Below are positions 1 through 12,810 of a stretch of 64,000 bases of DNA, piece by piece. Origin of the DNA: Macrostomum hystrix (taxonomy: Eukaryota; Animalia; Platyhelminthes); contig CATNEN010000039.1 of assembly GCA_950097015.1 (NCBI GenBank), forward strand, positions 11,594,001-11,658,000, written 5' to 3'. The position numbers and the translations under genes are program-made. The first letter of the stretch is position 1. Every line of letters begins with the position of its first letter. The notes under the pieces are model-generated. The model was not told where the DNA came from. It was given only the letters and a program-made list of their open reading frames with translations, and searched no databases.

Positions 1-1292
1 CAAAAGCATACTTTTTAATACCATTTTTTCAGTATGTACTTTAGACGAAGATTGTATATGGTTGCTTGCCAAATAAATGACCATATATGTAGTTATTTAT
101 AGAGCATGAAAAATGCTTTCAAATTACATAATTCATGATAGTTCACCCCTTAAAATAAGATTAAACCACTCACTCAAATTTTAAAACCAAACATCAAATT
201 CTCTGTTTGGTTAGAAGATAGGCCTACATGAAAATCATTGTTTGGTTTTAGATAAAAAGCAGGAATAACTTTTTTTTCTATTTGATAAAATAGCAAAAGC
301 AGATACTTTTTAGAAAGATGTAAATGTTTTCTATAACTTGGCTTTTGATTTATCATCATATCTTAGATAGAAAATCTGTAGCTTAGGTTTGAAGTTAAAA
401 AAATACATATTCTTGTTTGGTTGATGATACATTACCCTATCTATAAGGCCTATTGAGCTTATCCCCACTGTACCGTAGAAATAATTTGTCTTATTCCTGC
501 TATCTATCTATCTATCTATCTATCTAATAGACTTCAACAATGTTGATGTTTTAGGTATTGTTTTGCTCCTTCTGCTTGTGCTATGACATATATTTCAGGC
601 CTAAGTGTTGGCACTAATTAAAATATAGGGCTTCTTGAACTTTATCCCAAAAATATAAAGGATCATATAGAATAGTTCCAGTTTAGTAGGCACATAAATC
701 TGTCTAGGCCTATATATGTTTTTGAGGGTGCTGAGATCATAAAAGAATACAATTTTGTTTTATCTTATCTACAACCACTTTCTATGGAATGGCTTCCCTA
801 TCATGGGATGACCCCACATAGGGAATTTGGAATGCTGCTTAGGAATAGGACATTTTGCTAAATTGCAAGAGTCAACCTAGTCCTAGCCCTAAGGACTTGC
901 TAGACATAAAAGTATAGAGGCCTATTTTCTTTATAAAGCAATACTGGTTATAAGAACCAAGAACAAAATACTATGCCTATAGCTAGGACTATGTAGGCCT
1001 ACCAAGGCCCAATTCCCTTGTCCATGGAAGGTTTAACTTAGTCTCACTAGGTCTACGTGTCTGTCCTTCTGTTCCAATGAAAATAACATAAAATTATATG
1101 ATTCAATATTCAAAACTAAGCCATAGTATTGTCAGTGCATAACAGCATTTTTTTAATAAAGCTACAATGATTTTTACTCATAATTTACATGTAATACGGC
1201 ATTGATTAATAATGATATGCAAAAACACATAATATTATAATTAGCTAGCTATAAAAGCTATAATATGAATTCCAAGATACATGTCCGTAACA

Positions 1293-3367
1293 GAATTCCG
1301 GTCGTTTCGGCCATACGCAGTTTCGGCCATAGCCGTTTCGACCAAAAGCCGTTTCGGCCATAGCCGTTTCGGCCAAAAGCCGTTTCGGCCTCAAACCATT
1401 TCGGCCCACATACTTATTAAGCGGCTTTATGGTATTGTTTGTTTGTCAAGGAACTTCTTTTGGCACAACTTTTTCAGTTTTGTTAACTTTCTAAACAACG
1501 ACGCTATGGCACGAATTCAACTTATACAATATTTACAACACAGATGAACATAATAATGCTACATGGACTACTAATAGTAGAAAATGGAACATAAAGAGTT
1601 CTGTCCGTAATTTTCAGTACATTTAAGCAGTCCTTAAAATGAGTTGAAGCCTAAAGGGCTGTACATCTGTAAGTTATATTTCGTCATTCGATGAGAATCA
1701 ACAATTCAATGCCTGTGCATTTAGCTATCCGTCGCGCATAAAATAACTGCTTGGTTTTATCGCGCATAAAATAACTGCTTGGTTTTACAATTATATATAC
1801 AGCAAAATATTTTTCTATGGGGCTGAGAGGTGGCATGACATATATGCATGTAGCTGAAGCTCCAAGCTTGCCCAACCCAAGAAATTTGGAGCGGATGGGC
1901 CGACGAGCGCGGCAAGCGGCTTGGCCGGAAGAACCAGTCAATTTGGACTTTGACATCCAAAAAGCAGCTGTGCCTCTGCATTTGCGCCTAAGCGACGTCC
2001 GTGCAAATGGACACCGACACATTATCGTGTACTCCGAGGCTGGCATCCGGCATCTCGCTGCTGCAAAAACCTGGTTCATGGATGGAACGTTTTACGTTGT
2101 TAAAGAACCATTTTATCAGCTGTTTACCATTCACGCCTTCCTAAAATCTAACGACAATGCCAAGCAACTGCCACTATTGTATGTCCTGATGAGCCGACGC
2201 CGAAAGAGCGACTACAAGCTGGTGCTACGCCGTATTCTACAGCTTATGCCAACTGCCCCTCGACTCCAATCAGTTGTCACTGACTTCGAGAAGGCGATCT
2301 GGAGCGCCTGCAAGTCGGTTCTGCCAGACATGCACATTCGTGGATGTTCTTTCCATTTCCGGCAAGCACTGATGAGGCACCTTCAAGAGGCTGGGTTGCA
2401 GGTGGCCTACCGAACCAATGGCACCGTGAGACATTATTGCCGAAAAGTAATGTCACTTTCCTGTCTGCCGCCTCAGCACGTCTCCCAGGCGTTCGCAGAG
2501 TTACATCGCCAAGCCACTAGTCCGCGCCTCTAGTACGCTGGATGGCGTACATCGAGAGAACGTGGCTTGATGGCGCCCTGTGGCCTCCGAGCTGCTGGTC
2601 CACCTACAGGCAGCTGTTCAGGACGAACAACGATGTCGAAGGCTGGCACAACCGCCTGAACCGAAAAGCTCGCCGTGGCTCACTGCCGTTCTACTGCTTG
2701 TTGCAGCTCATCGGTCAGGAGTGCAAGCATATTCCACTGACGGCGCGGCTGCTGACGGAGGGCAAAGCTATTCGGCTTAAGCGAAAGGCTCACAGAAGCG
2801 CCCAAGAGCAGCTGGAGGCATTATGGAACCATTTCAATCGCACGGCAGCCGATTCCATAGCAGTAAATGCCTTCTTGGACTCTGCAGCCGAACTCATCGG
2901 CAATACTCGTAACGGCAAGTGAAATGCGCTTATCGGTGGTACTGAACTATTCGCATTGGTGCAGAATATTCACGTTTTTAACATTTTTTGTTGTCTGGGG
3001 CCAGTGGCTTACCTAGGGGGGACCGGGGGGTCATATATTATGGGGGATAAACATATCCCCCAATTAGAATATCCATTTACTAAATTCGATAGGTCACTGT
3101 CTGGGCGTTTTTACATTTATACACAAAATACCAAGCCCTCTTCTTTTATTACTTTTATACTCCGCAAAAGTCAAATTCAAATTCGTGCTTTCCATCGTCG
3201 CTATCAAATAAAATTAACAACTCTTAAATAAATTAGAAATTAGCCGTAAGAATACCGCTTTAAATAAGTATTTTGTGAGTTTGGGTCCGAACTGGTTTGA
3301 GGCCGAAACGGTTTGAGGCCGAAACGGCTTTTGGCCGAAACGCCTATGGCCGAAACGACCGGTTACC
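1293..3367 (+). mobile_element. MULE/Mutator-superfamily DNA transposon with tandem-repeat TIRs
   Basis: Left end (g)aattccggtcgtttcggcc followed by ~15-bp gccgtttcggccaNa units (1298-1408). Right end is the inverted equivalent (3286-3367). Flanking direct repeat ccgtaaca(g) at 1285-1292/3 and 3368-3375/6 is an 8-9 bp TSD. Internal transposase present. Confidence 0.9.
1817..2922 (+). pseudogene. MULE DDE transposase, frameshifted near 2530
   Basis: Motifs WFMDGTF, VVTDFE, GCSFH (CxxH) and RTNNDVEGWH are split over ORFs 1817-2533 and 2542-2922 in different frames. No N-terminal DNA-binding domain is evident. Confidence 0.88.
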
Positions 3368-5106
3368 CCGTAACAGGCTGACCCAATTATTTAGTCCATT
3401 CTTTGATAAAACAAAGCATGACCGTTGCAGGTGCAGTTAATTAAAATCGTTTCTAAGTAGGAGCTTAATTGAGCTTAATCGGTTTTTATTCCGCATGAAA
3501 CATTTTTCTACATTTTGTGTAAAAAAATCCAGGTAGTCTTCCTATTTTTCACCTGACAGTATCTCGTGCTGGTTTTTATTAGCAGAAACAAAGCATGTTA
3601 TTATTAAGAAGTCTATGTTCTTTCCCATGAGGTAAGAATAATTCAAAACATGTCAGTTTGCTCGGGTAGCTCGCCACTCTTTCTCCCAGTCGAGTCCATT
3701 TTCTAATGTATATGTGCTACTTGTTAATTAATAAATGCTAATTTAATTAAGATGCATTCTTATATGGTCCGTAAGCGTGCACTTAATGCGACGCTTACGG
3801 GGGTTAATAACCGGCTGGCCATACCCGCGTCTCGTACTTTCTGACCCCCTTTTGTGCGTGCGCTGCGTCCTCCCCCCTCCGCCTTCGCCCCTTTGCACCC
3901 ACCCCCTCCCTGAGCCGCTTATATGGTTGCCCTGCCTCTCGCTCCTGTTTGTTCCGCCCGGTAGTAGAGTAGGGTAGGTAGTAGAGTAGAGTAGAGTAGG
4001 TAGCAGTCGATGCCTGCACGAAAAACATCGTGATCGGCAACCATCGGATCCCAATGCAGCTCGACACTGCAGGAGCTAGCCACTGCACTGTGAGCATCAT
4101 ATCAATTTGTAATTTAAGCCATAAAAAAACGACTTAATTGTAAGTGAGATTTTATTGACTAATTTGGGAGCATCTGTATTTTGAACGCTAAACATTTTTT
4201 TCTTCTTTACTTCGCTAATTTTGATTTGTCGAACAATACTAAATGGAGTATGTCTCAAATGTAATGCTAATTCAAGACTTCTATAAGGTACTTATAGATA
4301 GGCTTAGCCGAAGTATTGCACACAAGACTGCATAGTAAGCCGAACCTTGACCTGTCTCTTCATAACTGGAGTCTGATAGCTAGGAATAAATAATACCCTT
4401 AGAGAAGAACTTAGGCTGTCTCGATCCGGACACTTATCGACACTGGATTGGGCCCTCGGTCTTCTGCATTCCTAAAAATCATTTACGCAAAATTCCTCCG
4501 TTCTACTCCCTGAGAATAGCTCGCATAGAGTCCATATTTTCGCGGACTCTAAGCAGTTGTGCGATGTACAGCTGCATATTTTTATTGATGATGAAGTAGA
4601 AGAGCTAAGATCTGTACAAAATGCTACGTATTAACTACAATACGAAAAAAATTTGACGTCGAAGTCGAGTTTTATTTCCTGAGGATCATTTAGTGACCAG
4701 GATATATGAAAGCCACGTCATACCACTTGGGCAAGTTTAGCATCTGTTGGAGAATTGTCTCTGCAGCTGATAGTGAGTATCTGAGCAATTAAAATTTCTA
4801 GCATTTTGTGGCATACAATATGTGTGTGGTTGAGAATGCGCGATAAAAAAAGAGATTTTTTAGTCAGATGAAACAGAAGTATTTTTTTGAAATTGTATTA
4901 ACAACTCACAAGTTACTCCTTTTTCTTTTAGGTCATATGAAAATTTCCCATTTCTTTTTTATAACTTACAGGAATCTGGTTGTTCCGCTGCAAAAATTCA
5001 AAATTCACTTGTGAGCTATTATACCAAAAGAGCTCGAAAGAACGCTGAGTAATGTAACAGATTATATTGGAGTCACAGACAAGTCTTAAAAGCCTTTCTA
5101 TATGGT

Positions 5107-6164
5107 CTAAATGCCGGTAGAGGCTTCACCGGCTCGCTGATCTTCAGGTCGGTCCCGCTTTGTAGAACCCGTTGATAATTCATGCCTTCTATATGACGTC
5201 ACTCCATCAATTTGAGACTGGGTGGCCAGGCTAACAAAAATACTGTCGCCGCTTCTCAGACTGAGACTGTTCGCGGTGGAGAATGCCGAGATCTCCATCC
5301 AAGGGCACACGTCTGTGATTAGGAATAGAAAGACAGGGAGACAGGGAGATGTGTAGACAGGGAGATAAGTATATAGAAATTATCACACCTACTCCAGTTG
5401 GGCCATTCAAACTGCTTAAGAAAATCTGAGATTTTGAAACCCAAAAACCCAACACTGCACGCGAGCTCTAACTTCAAGCTTTCCAACTGGTTCCACCTGC
5501 GGGAACATTAAACAGATGCCATGATGTCATGATGGTAAAGCTGTTACATACCGCTAAAGTACGCTAAAAAACCTTAAAGTACGGTTAAACCGAAATAATC
5601 GAAGGACTTACTATCTGCGGTGTGGCCAAAAATATTCGAATAATTAGTCATGCCGAAGAAGCCGTCGATGCAAAACTTTAGTCCCGGCGAATAGATTCCC
5701 AGCCTTTGCCGCACCGATTCCATCACAGCGCCCAGTGGATAGTTATTCAAAATGCGTATCTTCATGCTTATGGTCCAATAATGCAGGCATTTGCGCGAGT
5801 ACATTTTAGATTTCTTAAACAGTCCCTGTGAGAAACACATCCAAAGCAGTGATTCGAAGTTTTTACGTCGAAAGCGAAAATAGATTGTGGCATAGTTTTG
5901 CCTATATGGGCGCAGTGTCTCTCGGTACTGCTTGGCCATAGCCGTTAGGCCATAATTGTAGGCCTCGATTTCCTGAATTAGTTTCGGTTGAGATAACATT
6001 AAAGTTCGCGCACTTCTTCCGTCTTGACTGGAATGCTATAATTGGCATTCGGAATGTCAACTTACCTCCGGAGGTGCTGGTGCTGGTGCATCCTTGTTAG
6101 CAATGGGCATGGAGTTGTTACTGCCATGCTGCAACTCGTCATTCACTTCATTGTTGGACTGCAT
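5107..6164 (-). CDS. SUMO/ubiquitin-like-fold protein, paralog A (exons 6164-6066, 5972-5612, 5312-5107; ~221 aa)
   Basis: GT-AG introns in phase 0 and phase 1 give an open spliced frame. Same exon structure as paralog B. Fold call rests on KIRILNNYPLGAVMESVRQRLGIYSPGLKFCIDG...EISAFSTANSLSLRSGDSIFVSL and is inference. Confidence 0.8.
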
Positions 6165-6517
6165 TTTAAGTCAGCTGGTTCTTGTTCGAGTTTAAAATGT
6201 ATGCAAAAAGCTTTGCGTTACATTTGGATCAATCTTGGTTCTTATCTCGACGCAGCAAATTTTGACTTAACACATTAGTCCTTCCCAACATTCGGGCCAT
6301 AGACGGTGCTCAGAAAGTTATTATACTAGTTGATGCACAGGTACATGAGCTAAGTTGAAAACGCTTGCTAAATATTTGCTAATCAATGCCAGCGTCTATG
6401 GCATAAACTGGTTTTTATAGATCTTCTTCTCTGATTTTTTACTCATTTGTTTCGCAGCTTCTCTGCAATATCTCTCTGAATTATTAGTTTTCTTCTAAAA
6501 CAGCGAAATAAAGCGAA
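6165..6517. promoter_or_regulatory. Putative bidirectional promoter/5' region of the divergent paralog pair
   Basis: Only ~350 bp separate the two divergent ATGs (6164 and 6518). No specific motif identified. Confidence 0.4.
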
Positions 6518-9500
6518 ATGCGCGACAGGTTTAGCAAAGTCACTAAAAATTCCAAGAGCGAACGCTTTCAAGGTATCCAACCTTCCATGGATGCCTCGTA
6601 TGAAGTTCCGGAAATGCCTGAGGTAATGTGTGATGTGTGATTGGAGTGGGGTGTTGTTGCCAGAATGTGTGATGTGTGTTTGGAGTGGGGTGTTGTTGCC
6701 AGAATGTGTGATGTGTGTTTGGAGTGGGCTGTTGTTGCCAGAATGTGTGATGTGTGATTGGAGTGGGGTGTTGTTGCCAGAATGTGTGATGTGTGTTTGG
6801 AGTGGGGTGTTGTTGCCAGAATGTGTGATGTGTGTTTGGAGTGGGGTGTTGTTGCCAGAATGTGTGATGTGTGTTTGGAGTGGGGTGTTGTTGCCAGAAT
6901 GTGTGATGTGTGTTTGGAGTGGGGTGTTGTTGCCAGAATGTGTGATGTGTGTTTGGAGTGGGGTGTTGTTGCCAGAATGTGTGATGTGTGTTTGGAGTGG
7001 GGTGTTGTTGCCAGAATGTGTGATGTGTGTTTGGAGTGGGGTGTTGTTGCCAGAATGTGTGATGTATGATTGGAGTGGGGTGTTGTTGCCAGAATGTGTG
7101 ATGTATGATTGGAGTGGGGTGTTGTTGCCAGAATGTGTGATGTGTGTTTGGAGTGGGGTGTTGTTGCCAGAATGTGTGATGTGTGTTTGGAGTGGGGTGT
7201 TGTTGCCAGAATGTGTGATGTGTGTTTGGAGTGGGGTGTTGTTGCCAGAATGTGTGATGTGTGATTGGAGTGGGGTGTTGTTGCCAGAATGTGTGATGTG
7301 TGATTGGAGTGGGGTGTTGTTGCCAGAATGTGTGATGTGTGTTTGGAGTGGGGTGTTGTTGCCAGAATGTGTGATGTGTGTTTGGAGTGGGGTGTTGTTG
7401 CCAGAATGTGTGATGTGTGTTTGGAGTGGGGTGTTGTTGCCAGAATGTGTGATGTGTGTTTGGAGTGGGGTGTTGTTGCCAGAATGTGTGATGTGTGTTT
7501 GGAGTGGGGTGTTGTTGCCAGAATGTGTGATGTGTGATTGGAGTGGGGTGTTGTTGCCAGAATGTGTGATGTGTGTTTGGAGTGGGGTGTTGTTGCCAGA
7601 ATGTGTGATGTGTGTTTGGAGTGGGGTGTTGTTGCCAGAATGTGTGATGTATGATTGGAGTGGGGTGTTGTTGCCAGAATGTGTGATGTGTGTTTGGAGT
7701 GGGGTGTTGTTGCCAGAATGTGTGATGTGTGTTTGGAGTGGGGTGTTGTTGCCAGAATGTGTGATGTGTGTTTGGAGTGGGGTGTTGTTGCCAGAATGTG
7801 TGATGTGTGTTTGGAGTGGGGTGTTGTTGCCTGCAGAATGTGTGATGTGTGTTTGGAGTGGGGTGTTGTTGCCTGCAGAATGTGTGATGTGTGATTGGAG
7901 TGGGGTGTTGTTGCCAGAATGTGTGATGTGTGTTTGGAGTGGGGTGTTGTTGCCAGAATGTGTGATGTGTGTTTGGAGTGGGGTGTTGTTGCCAGAATGT
8001 GTGATGTGTGTTTGGAGTGGGGTGTTGTTGCCAGAATGTGTGATGTGTGTTTGGAGTGGGGTGTTGTTGCCAGAATGTGTGATGTGTGTTTGGAGTGGGG
8101 TGTTGTTGCCAGAATGTGTGATGTGTGTTTGGAGTGGGGTGTTGTTGCCAGAATGTGTGATGTATGATTGGAGTGGGGTGTTGTTGCCAGAATGTGTGAT
8201 GTATGATTGGAGTGGGGTGTTGTTGCCAGAATGTGTGATGTGTGTTTGGAGTGGGGTGTTGTTGCCAGAATGTGTGATGTGTGTTTGGAGTGGGGTGTTG
8301 TTGCCAGAATGTGTGATGTGTGTTTGGAGTGGGGTGTTGTTGCCAGAATGTGTGATGTGTGATTGGAGTGGGGTGTTGTTGCCAGAATGTGTGATGTGTG
8401 ATTGGAGTGGGGTGTTGTTGCCAGAATGTGTGATGTGTGTTTGGAGTGGGGTGTTGTTGCCAGAATGTGTGATGTGTGTTTGGAGTGGGGTGTTGTTGCC
8501 AGAATGTGTGATGTGTGTTTGGAGTGGGGTGTTGTTGCCAGAATGTGTGATGTGTGTTTGGAGTGGGGTGTTGTTGCCAGAATGTGTGATGTGTGTTTGG
8601 AGTGGGGTGTTGTTGCCAGAATGTGTGATGTGTGATTGGAGTGGGGTGTTGTTGCCAGAATGTGTGATGTGTGTTTGGAGTGGGGTGTTGTTGCCTGCAG
8701 AATGTGTGATGTGTGATTGGAGTGGGGTGTTGTTGCCAGAATGTGTGATGTGTGTTTGGAGTGGGGTGTTGTTGCCAGAATGTGTGATGTGTGTTTGGAG
8801 TGGGGTGTTGTTGCCAGAATGTGTGATGTGTGTTTGGAGTGGGGTGTTGTTGCCAGAATGTGTGATGTATGATTGGAGTGGGGTGTTGTTGCCAGAATGT
8901 GTGATGTGTGTTTGGAGTGGGGTGTTGTTGCCAGAATGTGTGATGTGTGTTTGGAGTGGGGTGTTGTTGCCAGAATGTGTGATGTGTGTTTGGAGTGAGG
9001 TGTTGTTGCCAGAATGTGTGATGTGTGTTTGGAGTGGGGTGTTGTTGCCTGCAGAATGTGTGATGTGTGTTTGGAGTGGGGTGTTGTTGCCTGCAGAATG
9101 TGTGATGTGTGATTGGAGTGGGGTGTTGTTGCCAGAATGTGTGATGTGTGTTTGGAGTGGGGTGTTGTTGCCAGAATGTGTGATGTGTGTTTGGAGTGGG
9201 GTGTTGTTGCCAGAATGTGTGATGTGTGTTTGGAGTGGGGTGTTGTTGCCAGAATGTGTGATGTGTGTTTGGAGTGGGGTGTTGTTGCCAGAATGTGTGA
9301 TGTGTGTTTGGAGTGGGGTGTTGTTGCCAGAATGTGTGATGTGTGTTTGGAGTGGGGTGTTGTTGCCAGAATGTGTGATGTGTGATTGGAGTGGGGTGTT
9401 GTTGCCAGAATGTGTGATGTGTGTTTGGAGTGGGGTGTTGTTGCCAGAATGTGTGATGTGTGTTTGGAGTGGGGTGTTGTTGCCAGAATGTGTGATGTAT

Positions 9501-11176
9501 GATTGGAGTGGGGTGTTGTTGCCAGAATGTGTGATGTGTGTTTGGAGTGGGGTGTTGTTGCCAGAATGTGTGATGTGTGTTTGGAGTGGGGTGTTGTTGC
9601 CAGAATGTGTGATGTGTGTTTGGAGTGGGGTGTTGTTGCCAGAATGTGTGATGTGTGTTTGGAGTGGGGTGTTGTTGCCTGCAGAATGTGTGATGTGTGT
9701 TTGGAGTGGGGTGTTGTTGCCTGCAGAATGTGTGATGTGTGATTGGAGTGGGGTGTTGTTGCCAGAATGTGTGATGTGTGTTTGGAGTGGGGTGTTGTTG
9801 CCAGAATGTGTGATGTGTGTTTGGAGTGGGGTGTTGTTGCCAGAATGTGTGATGTGTGTTTGGAGTGGGGTGTTGTTGCCAGAATGTGTGATGTGTGTTT
9901 GGAGTGGGGTGTTGTTGCCAGAATGTGTGATGTGTGTTTGGAGTGGGTGTTAAAGACGCGAGCCGCACATTATCAGTCAGGTGCAGGTATTCCCACATTT
10001 GAGGATTGATACAGAAGCAAAGCATGTGGATATACTGGGTGCTTCAGAGTAGATAAACAGAAATTGTATGCATTTCTTAGCAAACCTTCGCTAGTATAAT
10101 TACATTTCTATGATTCAATAGCATGCTTTGTACCTATCCGATCTCCGAATATCTAGGAAGTAATCGCCTTCAGTGATCCAGAACTGGCTGAACTGGCTAG
10201 ACTGTTTCGGACAACATTGCGTCCGACCCGAAGCAACTCTATTTATGTGTACTTTCGCATCAGACGCAACAATTATGAAACTCTTCTTCACGAGCTTATT
10301 TCAACGGGAAAAATAACCAAACAGATGATATACTTGCCAGAATACCTGCCGCACTGGACATTGGCAATAAAATTGCGCATTTTAGTCACCATCCCGTTTG
10401 GCCAGGTTCTTGACGCAATCAGGATGCGTCTTGGAATCGAGTCACCAAGATTGAGATTCTGCATCGATGGATTCTTCGGCATGGCCAACTTTAGTGATGT
10501 CTTTGGCAAGACAGGCAGTGAGTACAAAGAGATACTACAATCTAGAACCCATACACAAAACTAACACACAACACAACAATCCAGACCCACAGCTAACACA
10601 CAACACCACAATCCAGACCCACAGCTAACACACAACACCACAATCCAGACCCTCAGCTAACGCACAACACCACAATCCAGACTCACAGCTAACGCACAAC
10701 ACCACAATCCAAACCCACAGCTAACACACAACACAACAATCCAAACCCACAGCTAACGCACAACACCACAATCCAGACCCACAGCTAACACACAACACCA
10801 CAATCCAGACCCACAGCTAACACACAACACAACAATCCAAACCCACAGCTAACACACAACACAACAATCCAAACCCACAGCAACGGCACAACACCACGGC
10901 ACGAAAACCTATCCCATCGATACCCTTTCAAGCGCAGAAACATACACGATCCTCGCCGCTGCTTTAAAAACTCATTCGCACCTGTAACCGGCCCCAACCG
11001 AATTGGCCACAACAGACGTCTGCCCTTGGATGGAGATCTCAAACAACTCATCCACAACGAGTCTTCGCCTAATGAACGGCGACAATATCTTTATGAGCTT
11101 GGCCACAATCCCGGAGATCGTATCGGTTGAGAACTGGCGCAAGCGTCACGCCACGGGTTTAAACGCGAACAATTGA
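6518..11176 (+). CDS. SUMO/ubiquitin-like-fold protein, paralog B (exons 6518-6622, 10157-10517, 11016-11176; ~208 aa)
   Basis: Exon 1 ends ...MPE|gtaatg. Exon 2 is 361 bp, the same length as in paralog A, and ~46% identical by hand alignment. Exon 3 starts (N)VCPWMEIS in both. Alternative start ATG at 6587. Confidence 0.8.
6625..9950. repeat. 39-bp tandem array (~85 units), intronic
   Basis: Unit aatgtgtgatgtgtgtttggagtggggtgttgttgccag with a few variants, including a 42-bp cctgcag form. Confidence 0.98.
10540..10880. repeat. 32-bp minisatellite (~10 units) in intron 2 of paralog B
   Basis: Unit ctaacacacaacaccacaatccagacccacag. Confidence 0.95.
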
Positions 11177-11754
11177 GCGAATGCCGCTGAAAATGATCTG
11201 TCCAACCATGAGTTCTCCGAAAACGTTCAACAATTTCCAACCATCAGGTGACTGTCCAGAAAGTAACTTTGTGCCCCGAGTTGGCCTGGTTTGTAATTAA
11301 CTATTTTCTACATTACTTAACGATGTTCTAAATATTTTTTTCTTCGAATATAATATTTACTATTAAGCCAAAACTATTTTTAAAATCACTGCACCTCTCT
11401 TCGTTCCTTACCCCCCTCGGTAAGGATCATTACCGACATAATCATTAACAGATGAGTTATGTCCGTATTTTTCGCTGACGTGCAAGGTTCATTCCTAAAT
11501 GAACCCCCTGTTTTCAGTAGCTGCATGTTTTATATTAAGTATCTCAATATGAAACTTTAAGTCCGACATTGAGAACATTTTTGTATTTGCATTCATGCAT
11601 TTTAATGAATTGATTTGCTTTATTTTTTTTGTTTCTTTCAAATATGTCAGAGCTTTGAAAGACATCAAAGCAAGAAAGTGAAAAATCGAGAAAGTGGCAA
11701 GCGAGATAAACTGTGGCATACGTCGCAGGTGAGTCAGGGCGATTGATGATTAAT

Positions 11755-12810
11755 AGGAGACATGAGTCAGGTGAGGCATGAGTCAGTGGAGAGATGAGTC
11801 AGGGGAAATGAGTCAGGCGGGGCATGAGTCAGTGGAGAGATGAGTCAGGGGAAAAATGAATCTTAGGAGACATGAGTGAGGGGAGAAATGAGTGAGGGGA
11901 GACATGAGTGAGGGGAGAAATGAGTGAGGGGAGACATGAGTGAGGGGAGAAATGAGTGAGGGGAGACATGAGTGAGGGGAGACATGAGTGAGGGGAGACA
12001 TGAGTGAGGGGAGAAATGAGTGAGGGGAGACATGAGTGAGGGGAGACATGAGTGAGGGGAGAAATGAGTGAGGGGAGAAATGAGTGAGGGGAGAAATGAG
12101 TGAGGGGAGACATGAGTCAGGTGAGACATGAGTCAGGGGAAATGAGTCAGGCGAGGCATGAGTCAGTGGAGAGATGAATCAGGGGAAAAATGAGTCTTAG
12201 GAGACATGAGTGAGGGGAGAAATGAGTGAGGGGAGACATGAGTGAGGGGAGACATGAGTGAGGGGAGAAATGAGTGAGGGGAGACATGAGTGAGGGGGGA
12301 AATGAGTGAGGGGAGACATGAGTGAGGGGAGACATGAGTCAGGTGAGACATGAATCAGTGGATGGATGAGTCAGGTGAGACAGGAGTCAGGGGAGATGAG
12401 TCAGGTGAGAGTCAGGTGAGACAGGAGTCAGGGGAGATGAGTCAGGGGAGATGAGTCAAGTGAGACAGGAGTCAGGGGAGATGAGTCAGGTGAGACAGGA
12501 GTCAGGGGAGATGAGTCAAGTGAGACAGGAGTCAGGGGAGATGAGTCAAGTGAGACAGGAGTCAGGGGAGATGAATCAGGGTAGATGAGTCAGGTGAGAC
12601 AGGAGTCAGGGGAGATGAGTCAGGTGAGACAGGAGTCAGGGGAGATGAGTCAGGTGAGACAGGAGTCAGGGGAGATGAGTCAGGTGAGACAGGAGTCAGG
12701 GGAGATGAGTCAGGTGAGACAGGAGTCAGGGGAGATGAGTCTGGTGAGACATGAATCAGGGGAGAGATGAGTCAGGGGAGAGATGAGTCAGGAGAAAGAT
12801 TAGTCATAGG
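11755..12810. repeat. Purine-rich 16-bp/30-bp compound minisatellite
   Basis: atgagtgaggggagac/a units, then gagtcaggggagatgagtcaggtgagacag units. Confidence 0.93.

Noticed and set aside
4290-4620. Possible third degenerate Ubl-like paralog (FLGM motif on minus strand)
   Set aside because: Only a 4-residue resemblance amid stops; not alignable.
6543-10025. 1160-aa and 1107-aa repeat ORFs on both strands
   Set aside because: By-product of a stop-free 39-bp unit; the array lies in an intron with flanking exons supported by paralogy.
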